A stretch of 64,000 bases of DNA from Lingula anatina (Eukaryota; Animalia; Brachiopoda), in the NCBI GenBank assembly GCA_051362555.1, contig CM120647.1, positions 1,116,001 through 1,180,000 of the forward strand, written 5' to 3'. A program made the position numbers and the translations under genes. The notes below the pieces were generated by a model. That model was not told the origin of the DNA and did not search any database. It saw nothing but the letters and a program-made list of their open reading frames with translations. Positions 24,570 to 37,343 of the stretch are shown here, one piece after another (positions within the stretch are counted from its first letter, which is position 1; every line of letters starts with the position of its first letter).

Positions 24570-24941
24570 TAAGAGTAATTTAGGTGGGCAGAAAGAGCTG
24601 CCTACACTGTCTCCTTCTTTCATGTTCATTCTCTCAATACAAAGAAGAAATAATAACACTAGGGAAGGTAATTATTGAGGATGACCATGACTCGTCCTGT
24701 AAAGTGGACAAGGAACTGGATACATCAAGAGGGCAATGAACTCATCTGAAATTTAGAGCCTAATTATCGTTGATATTGAAGTGTAGGCCATGGTCTTTTG
24801 CTTACACATTTATTTTCTCTAAATAACGAGGAATTAAAATTTAGGGTCACTTTGCGTCAACAGCCTGTTTTTTTAATACCAAGGCAAAAAGCCTTCAGGG
24901 GTAATATTTTCTGTTCACAGTTCTTGACTCTTGTAGTGGTA

Positions 24942-25166
24942 GGGTGCATTCACAGAGATTTAGATCGATCCAGGGATTAAGATTTAGATCGACCTAACTC
25001 CCTTGGGGTTCACGCTAAATTGCAGTCAGCCGAGCGCGCACCATAGTTAATTACCCCTTTACGGCATTTAGTAGGCGGAACAGACGATTAAGCCGGCTAA
25101 GCTGACAGTAATCTAGTGAGACTCCCCACAGGGATAGATCGATCTAAAATCTATGGAAATGGGGTC
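24942..25166 (+). mobile_element. MITE family A copy
   Basis: Same sequence; flanks GTA/TTA. Confidence 0.9.
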
Positions 25167-25313
25167 TTAGTCACCGAGTAGTGTTTGGTTATGGCGATCA
25201 CACACTTACTTTGGAACAAATATTTAAAAAGACTGCAACGTTTCTCTCTTCTCACCAGAGTAGAATGCTGCGGAGTTAGAGGAAAGCCGTTGAAGTTTAA
25301 CACACCAAGGAAC

Positions 25314-25961
25314 CACGGGCGGATCCAGGATAATTTGAAAGAGGGGGCAGTTTTTAGGAATGCCGACCCTTGCCCCCCCCTCCCCCCCGTCCTTGACATG
25401 CAGTTTGAGGCCCTTAAATTTTGGTATTGTAGAGAGCTAGTGGTGCCATTTGGACATTTGGAACGGTTTAGAATTATGATTCAGGTGGTCAAAATTCTAA
25501 TTTCAGAAGGGGACCATTTGGTGTGTTTTTTCAGTCTTCTCCATTACTTTAATCCCTTTACCCGCGGATGTGATTTTTCCTTCTATTTTTTTCCTCTTCT
25601 CCATGTAAAATAGCAATCGATTATTTAAAGTGTACGAAATGTTACCCTTGAAAACGTTTGATGTACAAAAAACAACAAGACTAGCCTTCTTTATCACAAA
25701 ATTGACTTTGGTGGAAACCTCTCACGAATGAAGAATGGCTTAATTTCATTTTTCTGATGTCACATAATGAAATGGTTGCGCGATTCCGAGAATTATGTGC
25801 GGAAAAAAATCGTCCAGTTTCTGAGTCAAATAGTCATCTAACAATTACTTTAAAAAACATCTCCTTATCCTTGTGCACGTTAGAATGCGTTGGCTGCGAC
25901 AGAAATCACAGAGGGATGGGGGTCAGGCCCCCCCCTGACACCCCGCCTTAATCTGCAACTG
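25314..25961 (-). mobile_element. MITE family B copy interrupted by a 368-bp insertion (25535-25902)
   Basis: 25314-25534 plus 25903-25961 rebuild the reverse complement of the 13269 copy (GGACCATTTGGTGTGTTTTTTCAG | AAATCACAGAGGG...GGTCAGG...AATCTGCAACTG). Flanks GGAAC/GGGAC. Confidence 0.8.
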
Positions 25962-26345
25962 GGGACCATGCGGGGGGGGGGGATACCAGTTGCCCCTCGA
26001 TCCGTCTTTAACCAGGTCATTCCGTCCATTACTATTCCCGAGAAACGCTGACAGGTCTGCCAAATAGGGCAACCCATTACCATTCAGCCTAATGGCGCTC
26101 TTGTAATGAGAACGATACTAAATAATGTGTCTTATCAGTTTTGTTCCAAAGTAAATGGTTTTTATCACAAAAAAGTTACTATGCAAAAATGAACGTGGGA
26201 CGTTGGATCTATAAGATCATTCTTTCAATGAAACGGGACAGATATTGCTTTAATGTGTTCAGCGCACACACCAAAGCGCCCACACACAAAATCACACATA
26301 CAAACAAACACATGCACATGCACAAACACAATCACTCACACATGC

Positions 26346-26382
<37 letters not shown>

Positions 26383-27617
26383 AGTGCGGCATGCGGCAAG
26401 ACACTATATGCACCTACTCAGTCTCTACATTTCTGTTTCCTTATTTCAGATAAAAATTAAGTAACAGATATTCACATTTCTTTGTGCTATAGGATCATAT
26501 AAAAGATCGAATTGTTAAGGTATTTTAAGAAACCAGGGCCCGTAACTCGAAAGCAACCCGCATTGCGACCGAGCACAAGCGTCTCGATTCCATAACTTGC
26601 TCATACTCGCCCCATATAATACATTGTAGCTTCTGTGTGATATCGCTAATTGCAATACGCGATGCTTTCGAGTTACGGAACCCAGACAAATTAAATAATG
26701 AAATCTGACGGCCTAGTGTACCTTTCGAAAGATAATATCACCCGCCATTATCATACTCCACGAGAAGCGTCCTTACGTGTCACCCTCTCCCATGCCCCAC
26801 ACCTCCAGACCAGTAACTGAATTCTGGTTTCAATCTGATCTTGCTATTTAATTTTGCCAGCTTTGAACTGCATACACAAAGCTTAACTGTAAAACCCATG
26901 TCTATACAATAGACCGTAGAATATCCACTGTTCATAAGTGAATTCTTCATCTTCTCATTAATTTACTGAGAAATGACGATAAAATTTATATTTTCAAATG
27001 TGAAGATGAGTAAAGAACCATTCTTATCGTCTGAAAGATTGGTAGTTTAGTGCAGGAGTTCTCTTCGGTTTTCTAGGAAAGTTCAGCGTGGCTCTATTTA
27101 ACGCAAAATTGCGTGCAATCTCAATATAACTCATGATAGTAATACAGCAGTTTGTGAAAAAAAGAGCATTATCTTTAATGCAATCTCAACTTTCCGACTA
27201 GATGAACAGATTTCAGATCCTCAGGAGCTGTCGCAGCCAACGCATTCTAACGTGCACTAGGATTAGGAGATGTTTTTTTAAAGTAATTGTTAGATGTCTA
27301 TTTGACTCAGAAACTGGACGATTTTTTTTCCGCACATAATTCTCGGAATCGCGCAACCATTTCATTATGTGACATCAGAAAAATGAAATTAAGCCATTCT
27401 TCATTCATGCGAGGTTTCCACTAAAGTCAATTTTGTGATAAAAAAGGCTAGTCTTGTTGTTGTTGTTTTTTTTTTTTTGTACAACGTTTGTCAAACGTTT
27501 TCAAGGGTAACATTTCGTACACTTTAAATAATCGATTGCTATTTTACATGGAGAAGAGGAAAAAAATAGAAGGAAAAATCGCATCCGCGGGTGAAGGGAT
27601 TAAAGTAATGGAGATGA
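25535..27617. repeat. Long inverted repeat: arms 25535-25902 and 27228-27617, spacer ~1.3 kb
   Basis: Arms are reverse complements with few mismatches; ORF-track translations 25503(-) and 27488(+) share SNVFKGNISYTLNNRLLFYMEKRKKIEGKI. Confidence 0.95.
26537..26682. mobile_element. Harbinger-like MITE (family C), CAG target duplication
   Basis: CAG|GGCCCGTAACTCGAAAGC ... GCTTTCGAGTTACGGAACC|CAG. Shares CAAGCGTCTCGATTCCAT with the 58994 element. Confidence 0.7.
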
Positions 27618-28397
27618 CTGGAAAACGTGATATCAGGCGTCTTGCTGTATCGACGCACCTGTATATATGTAACAATATGAACTTTTTTAATGCAACGCGA
27701 CAAATATCACCATCTCTAGCCTTGTTTATTTTTACCATTTGTAAGTGAAACCTCTCTACATAGCGTCACGTTTCTGTATATCTTCCCATTATTATTGAGC
27801 GATAGTTCGTGTGTAACATTTTCCATTGGTTTTTAATGATTCACTTCAATTAAAACACATCCTGTTTCTTGGAAACACTAAATGAAATTGCACAAATTAG
27901 AAGTACAATGGAAGGAGAACGACATTTAAGTTACAGTTGCACTCCGTAGGCATACGAAACGAATTCCCTGCGTACTAAGCAGAATATCAAACCGAATAAA
28001 GAAAGAAAAAAATAAATCCAGGAAATTGTAACAGTGGAGCGGTAATCAGACCTCTCTACTTTACCCTCCTGTGAATGATTCCAACCGATCTGACACTAAT
28101 TGCAAAGGACATTCACCTTTAGACTCAGGTAAGCATTTTCTTGTGGAATATGTGAGCCAAAGATGCGTAAAAATTCATCTTAGACATATATTGCTCGAAT
28201 AAATAAAACCAAACGACAGTAGGTGAAATGACACTTGCCACTAGTTAAAATAGCGAAGTTTGATATATTTCTGCTGAAAACTATAATGGGGGCAGTTACA
28301 ATATTGCAGAGGAAAGAAAATATTATTTGAATATGTACTAGTTGCAAGCCGAGTCGTTTTAACTGACTTACATCTCGGCTGGCGATTCGAACAATAA

Positions 28398-28622
28398 GAC
28401 CCCATTTCCATAGATTTTAGATCGATCTATCCCTGTGGGGAGTCTCACTAGATTACTGTCGGCTTAACTGGCTTAAGCGTCTGTCCCACCTACTGAAAGC
28501 TGTAAGGGGGTAATTAACTATGGTGCGCGCTCGGCTGACTGCAATTTAGCGTGAACCCCCAAGGAGTTAGGTCGATCTAAATCTTAATCCCTGGATCGAT
28601 CTAAATCTCTGGGAATACACCC
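28398..28622 (-). mobile_element. MITE family A copy, reverse orientation
   Basis: TAA|GACCCCATTTCCATAGATTTTAGATCGATC ... GGGAATACACCC. Confidence 0.92.
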
Positions 28623-29182
28623 TTTAAGATGAACGCACCAAGGAGTATGACAATACAGTCAGGCTGTATGCGAAAAACAACTGCAATTATCCTATTATTA
28701 TTCGAAGCGCAAGCTGTGGTATAATTGATATAATTGATAATACATTCGCTGAAAAGATGTTTGTGACTCCAGTATAATGATTTTTTTCTTTATGTTTGCT
28801 TGAACCAAGGACGTATAAAATATAATAAACGTCCTTGCTTGAATTCATGTTCCCACAGTTTTCTTCTTTATCTATGCGCACTTCGGTCATTTACAAGGAA
28901 TGTTTTCTACATGTTTGTGGAGCGTTTTTGGGAAACGTTAAACAGAATTTACAGAATTTTAAGGAACATTAGGAAATCTGTAAAAAGTACAGTAGGGCCA
29001 TAAGGTCTTGTAAATCACGATTGCATTTGCCCGTTTAGTAACATAACTATTTCATTTCATTTAATCTATCTTTAACCACAGTGGCAAATTTTTTCACACT
29101 TGTTTACCCTGGGTAATTCTACTGATCACTTCGTTTAGCATTTTACATAGCAAAAACATATTATGGTCATAAAATATATTAA

Positions 29183-29400
29183 GGGCGCATTCCCATAGCT
29201 TTTAGATCGATCTATCTCCGTGGAGAGTCTCACTAGATTTCTGTCAGATAATCCGGCTTAAAATTTATGTCCGTCCCGCCTACTACAAGCTGTAAGGGGT
29301 AATTAACTTTCGTGCCCGCTCGGCTGACAGCTATTTAGCGTGAACCCCCAGGGAGTTAGGTCGATCTAGTTGGATCGATCTAATCTTTGGGAATGGGGTC
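29183..29400 (-). mobile_element. MITE family A copy with interior inverted relative to its outer termini
   Basis: TAA|GGGCGCATTCCC...reverse-oriented interior...GGGAATGGGGTC|TAA. Confidence 0.85.
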
Positions 29401-29951
29401 TAAGATATGATCCCCATATGTCAATTCGACGACCGTGAATTAAACGATTCTCAAACCAAGCAACGATATCCACAGCTGGTATTGTTCACTCCTGTGTTAG
29501 CTGCCAAGCTGAGCAAGTTTTTTGGAATGCATTTTTCTAAATGAAGTGAGAACAATTCACAAATTTATCATAAACACCAAATAACAATTAGAATTACTTT
29601 AAAATGATTTTTTGAGAATTTAGATACTGGCTGTTACAGTTTATTGTTTATTTAGTAAAATTATTTGAGCTAATCGTCACAAGTCGGTTATTTCGGGGAC
29701 ATAAGGCGGGGGGTGGGGGTGTAGGGGGGAATGGTTCCAAGGAACTGAAATTCTTACGGCTCTAGTCGCCGAGTAATCCCGACCCCAATTTGAAATTAGG
29801 CAACGACAGTGAAGACTGAAAAGAACGTTAGAATAACCTTCTTTTAACGTTTGTTTATAGTCTAACCAATGCATTACCCCGTAGTAACGTTATCAAAGCG
29901 TTCTGTGTTTGCTGGTCAGAAATAAGAACGAAATCAGTCCCATAAAAATGC

Positions 29952-29952
<1 letters not shown>

Positions 29953-29993
<41 letters not shown>

Positions 29994-30016
29994 TTAAATG
30001 TATCTATCTATCTATC
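29953..30016. repeat. (TCTA)n microsatellite
   Basis: Direct reading. Confidence 0.9.
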
Positions 30017-30406
30017 TGCATGGATCTAAAACACTAGTGCCTAATTATTTCCTCTCTTTTTTAGAAAATAATTCTACAGCTATCAGGCGCCTTCATCAAT
30101 AACTGTCCCTGGAAATTAAATACACACGCTTTTAAGAACTGAGGTTTCAGTGCGATCAAGTCATCCGCACACTTAAACACGTAGGTATGGTGGTGTTTTG
30201 AATAAACCAGTAATTAACGGTGCACCAGATGATAACGAAAACCGACAATCACTTAAGGACAATGGCGTCAAAATCAAAATGAATATTGGGATTAAGTGGT
30301 GAAAAACAATAACAATATGCTTAAGATGTGATCACCAAGGTTCTAAGGGATCTATGTGTAGAGGAATGAACAGCGAATTTTATAAAATGTACATTAAAGG
30401 AATTAA

Positions 30407-30456
<50 letters not shown>
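30407..30456. repeat. (ATT)n microsatellite
   Basis: Direct reading. Confidence 0.9.
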
Positions 30457-30458
<2 letters not shown>

Positions 30459-30584
30459 CTCAATCACAACGTTACTAGACACATACACAGTGAACAGTGA
30501 ATGCTTTTAGTCTATAAAATCGCTCAACTACTCACAGCATGGAGCCAATTTCAAATAAACCCACTGTTGGCATAAAATGAATGT

Positions 30585-30840
30585 GACTGGGTTCCCATGC
30601 CTAGATCGATCTAACTGAATCGAACCATCTCCAAGGGTTTCTCGCTTAATTGCTTTTAGTTTAAACGGCTTATATGACTGGCACGCATACTGAGCCGCTA
30701 AACGATAGTTAAATTTCCTCTTACAGCTTCAGTGGGCGTGTGAGACATCTAAGCCGCTCAAGTTGATAGCAATTTAGTTAGAACCCCCTTGGAGATAGAT
30801 CGATCCAAAGTTAGTACGATTGTCTCTGGGAATGGTCTCT
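30585..30840. mobile_element. Diverged relative of MITE family A
   Basis: TAGATCGATCTAA, ATAGTTAAATTTCCTCTTACAGCTT, GATAGATCGATC and CTCTGGGAATGG match the family A layout. Confidence 0.6.
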
Positions 30841-32564
30841 ATGATTGAAAATGAATACAGAATGTTGTTATGAACAAAACAAATTACACATGAAAAGAAA
30901 TCAATAAAGCTAACATTGTTCCGTTGTTAACTTTACGGCACAGATCAGAGCACTACAACTTGAAACCAGACATACCCGGTAGGCCTAATACGGAGAAAAT
31001 ACAATGGGGAAATTTGGAGAATTACTATAAACTACCTCTACAACACATCACATCACATTGGGGGCACCCACCTTTGTAAGGTGAAGGCAAAGAGACACAT
31101 TAACCCAGTTTTAAATGTGAAGGTCATTTTGAATGTGAAGGTCATTATATTCTCAAACCTCTGAACTGTTTGAATTTTTCAACTTCTGCGATCAGCACTG
31201 TGAGACTCATTAAGGTCGTTCACGCCCCTAACATGATACCGCAGGATGTCAGATCACCAGTAATTAATTAATGCGGTCTCTTTGTCCAAACCCTCGTGGG
31301 ATATACGTATCGTATGATTTACGACTAAATTCAGAAATATCAAAAATAATTTAGACGTCGTTGACTGATAGGACGATATCCTTTTTACCCAGAACGAACT
31401 TTTGGCAGGACACACGGTCAGTTTAATTTTAAGGACACATCAAAAGAAGCTTTTAAGTCCATTTCTGTCCATAGGAATATTGCCCGAGAGAAGCCAAAAT
31501 AATGACCATAAGACTCATGGTAATTGTGTCTGATTGTACGACTCGCTCCTGCTTGCTTTTGTCAGCAAAATGAACAAGTAAACCGGATTAACCGCACATG
31601 TGCCCCGTCCGAAGAGACGCATTAAATAATACAAATAATGGGAAACCAATTATTTTCATTAATTTAAAAGTTCTGTTGTCCGATTTCCTATAACTCCGGG
31701 ACCAAATGGACAAACTCTACGTAATTAAAATCGCTGAATCCAGAGAATCCCTTGAATCAAATGGATTCTAAGAATCAAGTTCCGATAAAAGTCATGCAAG
31801 CATTAGAGATGCAGTAATTCCCAGAAAATCTCACACATTTCCGTATAAAGAAATAACAACATTAAAAGCCATTTCAAGCTCTTTTAATTTCTTGTTTCTA
31901 GCATGTTGGAATTTCCAAATCGCTATAGAAAGGCCTAACGCTCACTCTAGTGTTATAAAGTCCCTCCGTTATGGCATAAGTTGAAGCCGTTGCGTATTTA
32001 ATATTGTTATGGTCAGAGTAGTAGTATTGTAACGACGACGACGTTCTGGAGTCTTGAATCATTTATTCACCACTCACTTTTCATACAATTTTACCCATAT
32101 TTGTACTCTAATTCTCCGTATTGATCACGCGTGTAATTATCTTCTTTTTATTGTTTATGGCGTGATTTCCAGAAACTTTCCATTGGCATGTTGACTTTAC
32201 CATGGGACATTCCTTTATTGGGCAAAGTCTAAGAGCTTTGTTTTCAACTTGTCTTATCCAAAATACTATTTGCATTACTCATACCTGAATCATGCCCAAA
32301 ACTCAGTTATCATGTGACAAACAGTTGATCAAAATTAAAATTTGTTGTGCAATTAACCAATCACATTAAATGTTATTGACTTTGACTTTTTCCATCTTTT
32401 TCTGACACTAAAAACATGTTCCACACTTTTTGACTCTTGATGAAACTTAATTTACACTCAATATCTTCCTAACTTTTCATCTATTTGATTTCCTTTTTAT
32501 TACTAATTGTAATTAGTGTAAGCGTACGTCATTAACTTTACAACAGTAGTTATAATAATAAACA

Positions 32565-33255
32565 TAATAATAATAATAATAATTTATTTTTACATGGCGC
32601 ATTCCATCTAAAATCCCAATGCACCTTTCAATATAAGAGTTAATTATCACTATTTAAAGAGCTCATATGGGGAATTCAAAAAAAAAAAAAAAAAAAAAAA
32701 AGAAGGATCAAAGATCTAAATGAAGAAGACCTGCTTGACCAATAATTCACTGTTCTAAAATACACGTTTTATAAAAGTTTCTTAGAATTGTTTAAGTCAC
32801 CCACTGCTCTTATTTCAACGGGTAGACTGTTCGATGGTTTGGGAGTATGTATTGTAAAAGCCCATTCGCCTATAAAAATTACCAGCTCTTTTATATAAAA
32901 CAGCACGTTACAATGAATAAGAGTAAATGGTTAAAGACTGAAGACCTACCCGAGAAGTTACCGTCTCTGCTGATGCGGCTTATTGAGTTCTGCGGTATCT
33001 AGCGGTTTAAACCTTTAAAATATAAAACTTTAAATAAAATGTTCTTTCTTATATAGGTGGTCAATGAAGTCCCTTCAATACAGGTGTTTCCTTATATGTT
33101 TTCGAGAATTCATTCCCATTTTGTTACCAGTCTCGCTGCAGGGTTTTTGGTTAATAATTTATTTTGCTGATCTCTTCTTAAAGCATGTAGGAGACTGATA
33201 CAGTGATCTAGTCAAGAAGTAATGACCACATGCACTAGTTTCTTTTTTTGTATCT
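32565..33255 (-). mobile_element. Decayed 3' end of an L2/CR1-type LINE (ORF2 C-terminus and tail)
   Basis: Minus-strand fragments KLVHVVITS*LDHCISLL...NPAARLVT, TPVLKGLH*PP and GEWAFTIHTPKPSNSLPVEIR...KKLL match L2 ORF2 motifs (LVHAFVTSRLDYCNSLL, QNAAARLVT, ITPVLxxLHWLP, GDRAFSxxAPxLWNSLP). They are followed by a short stem-loop and (ATT)n tail. Confidence 0.8.
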
Positions 33256-33478
33256 TTGACCAGTTTGTGGATTGTTCTAATTTGCCATACTGAATACTCT
33301 CAGGGGTGGCCGAGTTCATCACCGACCGTGTTTTGGTGTTTATCTTCGCCCTCTCAAAGGTCGATCTAATCACAATCTACAAGACAGCAATCTGGAACTT
33401 GGCCAAGTCATCTGGCAATAAGATGCCAATACTGCCGCTGACGGACGTATCCTAAATCTTACCCCGCTAGGTCAAGGC

Positions 33479-33735
33479 ACGTGGTGGATTAAGAGTAGGG
33501 GATGGGGGGGAGTCCTGACCCCCCTCGGTTTCTGGTCCACTCTTGAAATGAGAATTTTGGCTAGTTGAATCATAGTTCTAAACCGGACCAAATGGAACCG
33601 TTCGCCCTCTAAAGTACCAACATTTTTTGGAGCCCTCTGAAGGACACCACGCCAAGTGGGGGGGGGGGGGGGGGGGGGGGTTGATCGGCTTTGCATCCGC
33701 GGACCCCTCTTCAAATAATCCTGGATCCACCCCTG
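33479..33735 (+). mobile_element. MITE family B copy
   Basis: GTGGTGGATTAAGAGTAGGGG ... AATCCTGGATCCACCCCTG, flanked by AAGGC(A) on both sides. Confidence 0.8.
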
Positions 33736-34662
33736 AAGGCAATAATCTGGTCAGTAAGTTACAAAGTCTTGAGCTAGGTCAAGGTCGACGTGACGTCATA
33801 CAGCGTGATATGGCGTTACAGCTGGATTGAAAATGTACTCCAGAATGCGCCAAATCAATTTTGTATGCTTCGAGAGCTAAGAACACAATGGAAGTGCTTA
33901 AAAACAATTTTTTTAAAATATCTGATTTCCCCCAAGAGCTGAGGTGAGAGCTCTCGGTCAGCGGTTGTCCTTTTGACCTGAGAACACGTGCCACCGGCCC
34001 CAGAACCTGGTGTTGTTGGTCTTACACTGTGAAGAAGGGTGCAGGGGGTGAGGTGGGGGGAGCGGATGTTATCTTCTCATGAGTGAGGCTGTGTGGGGAA
34101 GCTCCAAGAAAGATTTTTTAGAAAGGAGGGTCAACTCAATTAATTAGGAATTTCCCTTAGCCGTTTACACGACGAGAAAATACCATTGCCACAGAATAAG
34201 ATAATGCCGTCACATCAAAATGTTGCCAATTCGACCAGATGACGTAACAGCAACATTCTTCTTGTTTAAACTGTTTAACTGAATAAAAACCCATCAGCAC
34301 CGCGATTTAACACCAACAATAAGCAATCCAATTTGGTGTCAGGGGATTTTCCTGAAGGCTTAACCTTACTTGGGATTCGAACCACTCAAAAATGAAGTCT
34401 GCAATATCTAAAGTTCACTAACTGTCATGTATGATTCAAATATAATAAGATATAATCAAGTATAAAAGCCCCAACATTTAAGAGAATAAGAGTGAGCAAC
34501 AGTTGTTCTCAAAGTCGGCGTAAACCCAATTTAGCAGCTGTCAGCTTATGTTATTTTTAATTGAAAAAATAATCTACCATAATGAAGACAAGGGCTCATT
34601 AAGTAACGATCATTTAAGCAGGTATTATTTGAAATGAAGCGCATAAAAATGATAATTATTGC

Positions 34663-34689
34663 AACAACAACAACAACAACAACAACAAA

Positions 34690-34735
<46 letters not shown>
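34663..34735. repeat. Compound (AAC)n(AAT)n microsatellite
   Basis: Direct reading. Confidence 0.9.
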
Positions 34736-34737
<2 letters not shown>

Positions 34738-37298
34738 CAAAGAGACCTTAACTAATTTTCCACCGATTAACAAGGACATGCATATATATTTTGGGTTCTA
34801 TATAATACCTCCATTTTATTACGATAATCATTGGCTATCCTACCCAGAAATCTGTTACTTTGCATTTTGATGTTTTAATCGTTAAACATTATTAGATAAT
34901 TACCTATACACTTACAGAGAATACATTATGTTCAAATTAAAAATGCAGACCTAGATATGTTACCCTTACATGTAGTTTAAATCCATAGAAAACAAGAGCG
35001 TAAATTCGTATACAGCGTTTATGTAAACGTCGATGGTGCAGGAAGGCTCTTTTCGTAGGTAAGTGTTTAGTTTCACATTTACTGTATATCTGTAAATATA
35101 GCTGGTAGCAGATGAGGTAACACATACCTGTGTCGTACACAGTGCGGAATAAGAATGAAGCCGCAACAGTGAATGGTCACTATTATTGCAAAATATACCC
35201 TGTATCACTTAACAAGGCAGGATTAGTGTCATTAAATGACCTAACCAATCTAGAAACATCCTACCTAATCTAACCAATTTGGTTTGTATGCATTAAACAA
35301 TTAACACGAGGAACGGGGCCAATTTCCTCATGAGTTTACAAATCACCCCTTCATACATATGTTTGACCTGATTTGATTTATTCCAATTTCCGTACTACCA
35401 TTAAAATGTCTACTATGGATTTCGTCAACACCTGCTACTGCTGGTAATAAGGAGGACTAACTGTTGGCCCAGTAGCTGGGATAATAAGTCCAATGTCTTC
35501 TGTCCTCGATCTAGGAGATGTGAAATATGCAATTACGAGCACGTTACCTTTGACGGCAATATAACATGTTCTTGAAAACGACAAAAAGCGATGTATTTTG
35601 CTGGAATATATAACAGGTTATTGAAAACGTCAAAAAGCAATATATTTTGCTTGAACCAACCTGTAATAAAGCCATAAAACACTTCAGATTCATAACTAAA
35701 GTAGTGATTGCCAATCATCAAAGTAGTTGACCGTAGAAAACGTGAATGATAAGGTCACTTAATGGTATTTAGGTAGCTGTGAACGAAAGACGTAGAACAC
35801 CATAGATACCAGTGTGATCTCGTGGTCAAGATGATAGGCTGCCAAACTCATTATATCTGGAGTACATAGTACAGTGCGGTTAACCACGGCAGAAAAATCT
35901 ACCACGATCTCTCGTGTGCTACTCTACCGAACACATTAACATGCAATGATAGCATATACCTATAATGTGTATATAATTAGATACGACAATTCGCCAAATG
36001 ATGATGACCCACTTTTCTATCGAAAAAGAAAGGGCGTTCTAAGTTGCTCTTTTGATAGATATTCTTGTAATGATGACGTCAAGCCGTTGGCAACATAAAG
36101 CCTTTTTCTTAGTACAATAGCTGCAGTACCTTCAATCTGCGCTGTGTCAAAAGAGGAATAGGTGTAACAATATCTCTGCTGATTTTTAGACAGATTAGCA
36201 GATAATCGAGATGATTGCACGGACGAGAAGGTTATTAAAAATACGTTATCCTCGTAGAGGAAGTCAAATGAAAAGTCATCCTTCTGTAAACGCACCATGG
36301 GGTACTACCGCGTATTAGTAATATTTGATAACCATAGAGCGAAATGAACCGCCACACGTCGGCGTGTGGAGTACTACATGTATAAACGTACGGGAAAACA
36401 TGCAAATACGTAGAAAAACGCAAGGGACTTGCGTCGCATTCGTTTTGAGTACGTTATAAATAAATAATTGAGCATGTTTAGACATTTGTTCAAGTTAAAA
36501 GACCGTTTGATTCTAACGTAACCAAAGGTAGAGTTTGAATATGCTATAGTCATACGACGGATATGCTATGTGCAGCGACTCTTAACATAAGTTATAGCCA
36601 ATATAGCCAGCAATGCATAACATATACGTAACGTAATACTGACGAACGTGTTTCGTATTCAACGTATTCCAGACGACCAATTTACGTATCTTAACCTATA
36701 TCTGGTATATATTTACGTACATTACGTAGGCGTATGCTGAATGTAATCAACGTCTACCTAACGCATGATAAGGGTATCAACACCATAACCTTTGCGTGAC
36801 AGAGATTTATATCTCCCACATCCCAGTACTTGTGTACCACAAACTTTCAGAGTCCCATTCGCATTAGGAAAGAAGGCAACAAAAAATATCGATTGATCGA
36901 TACTAGGCCAATGTAAGGCCTCTTTTATTATATAACCCCAAATCATTTTAACAATAATAACAATGTAACGAATTGCCGCCTGTATTGAATGTTATGGCCT
37001 AAGGGATAAAATATATATAACAAATATTCAATAACACTTATCATCCAAAAATATTATGATGTGACGAGTCAGCAAAAGTTATTATTCACAAACAGTTTTG
37101 CAGCAATTTCGGAGATTGTTTTCGTCATAAAATGTCGTTTGACTACCCCAAACTTCTCTTTTACTTAGAAATCGTATTATGCAGTAAAGAAGGTCAGTTT
37201 ATAAATGTAGCTACGTTATAGAGTCGATATAGTTACACATTGTCACACACATAGAGACCTTCCTCTATACACCAACACACATCTTTACATATATATTT

Positions 37299-37300
<2 letters not shown>

Positions 37301-37340
<40 letters not shown>
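37301..37340. repeat. (AC)n microsatellite
   Basis: Direct reading. Confidence 0.9.

Positions 37341-37343
<3 letters not shown>

Noticed and set aside
26141-26464. His/Thr-rich ORFs here and at 57102-57670, and Ile-rich ORFs at 15615 and 34546-34870
   Set aside because: Translations of (CA)n, (TA)n and (AAT)n microsatellites.
25535-27617. One 2.1-kb transposon with ~380-bp TIRs
   Set aside because: The spacer begins with the remainder of the interrupted MITE and has no transposase, so the arms do not bound a single inserted unit.
36296-36787. ACGT/TACG-rich segment with weak CATGG...CCATA ends
   Set aside because: Possibly a degraded TIR element, but the TIR match is poor and there is no target duplication.
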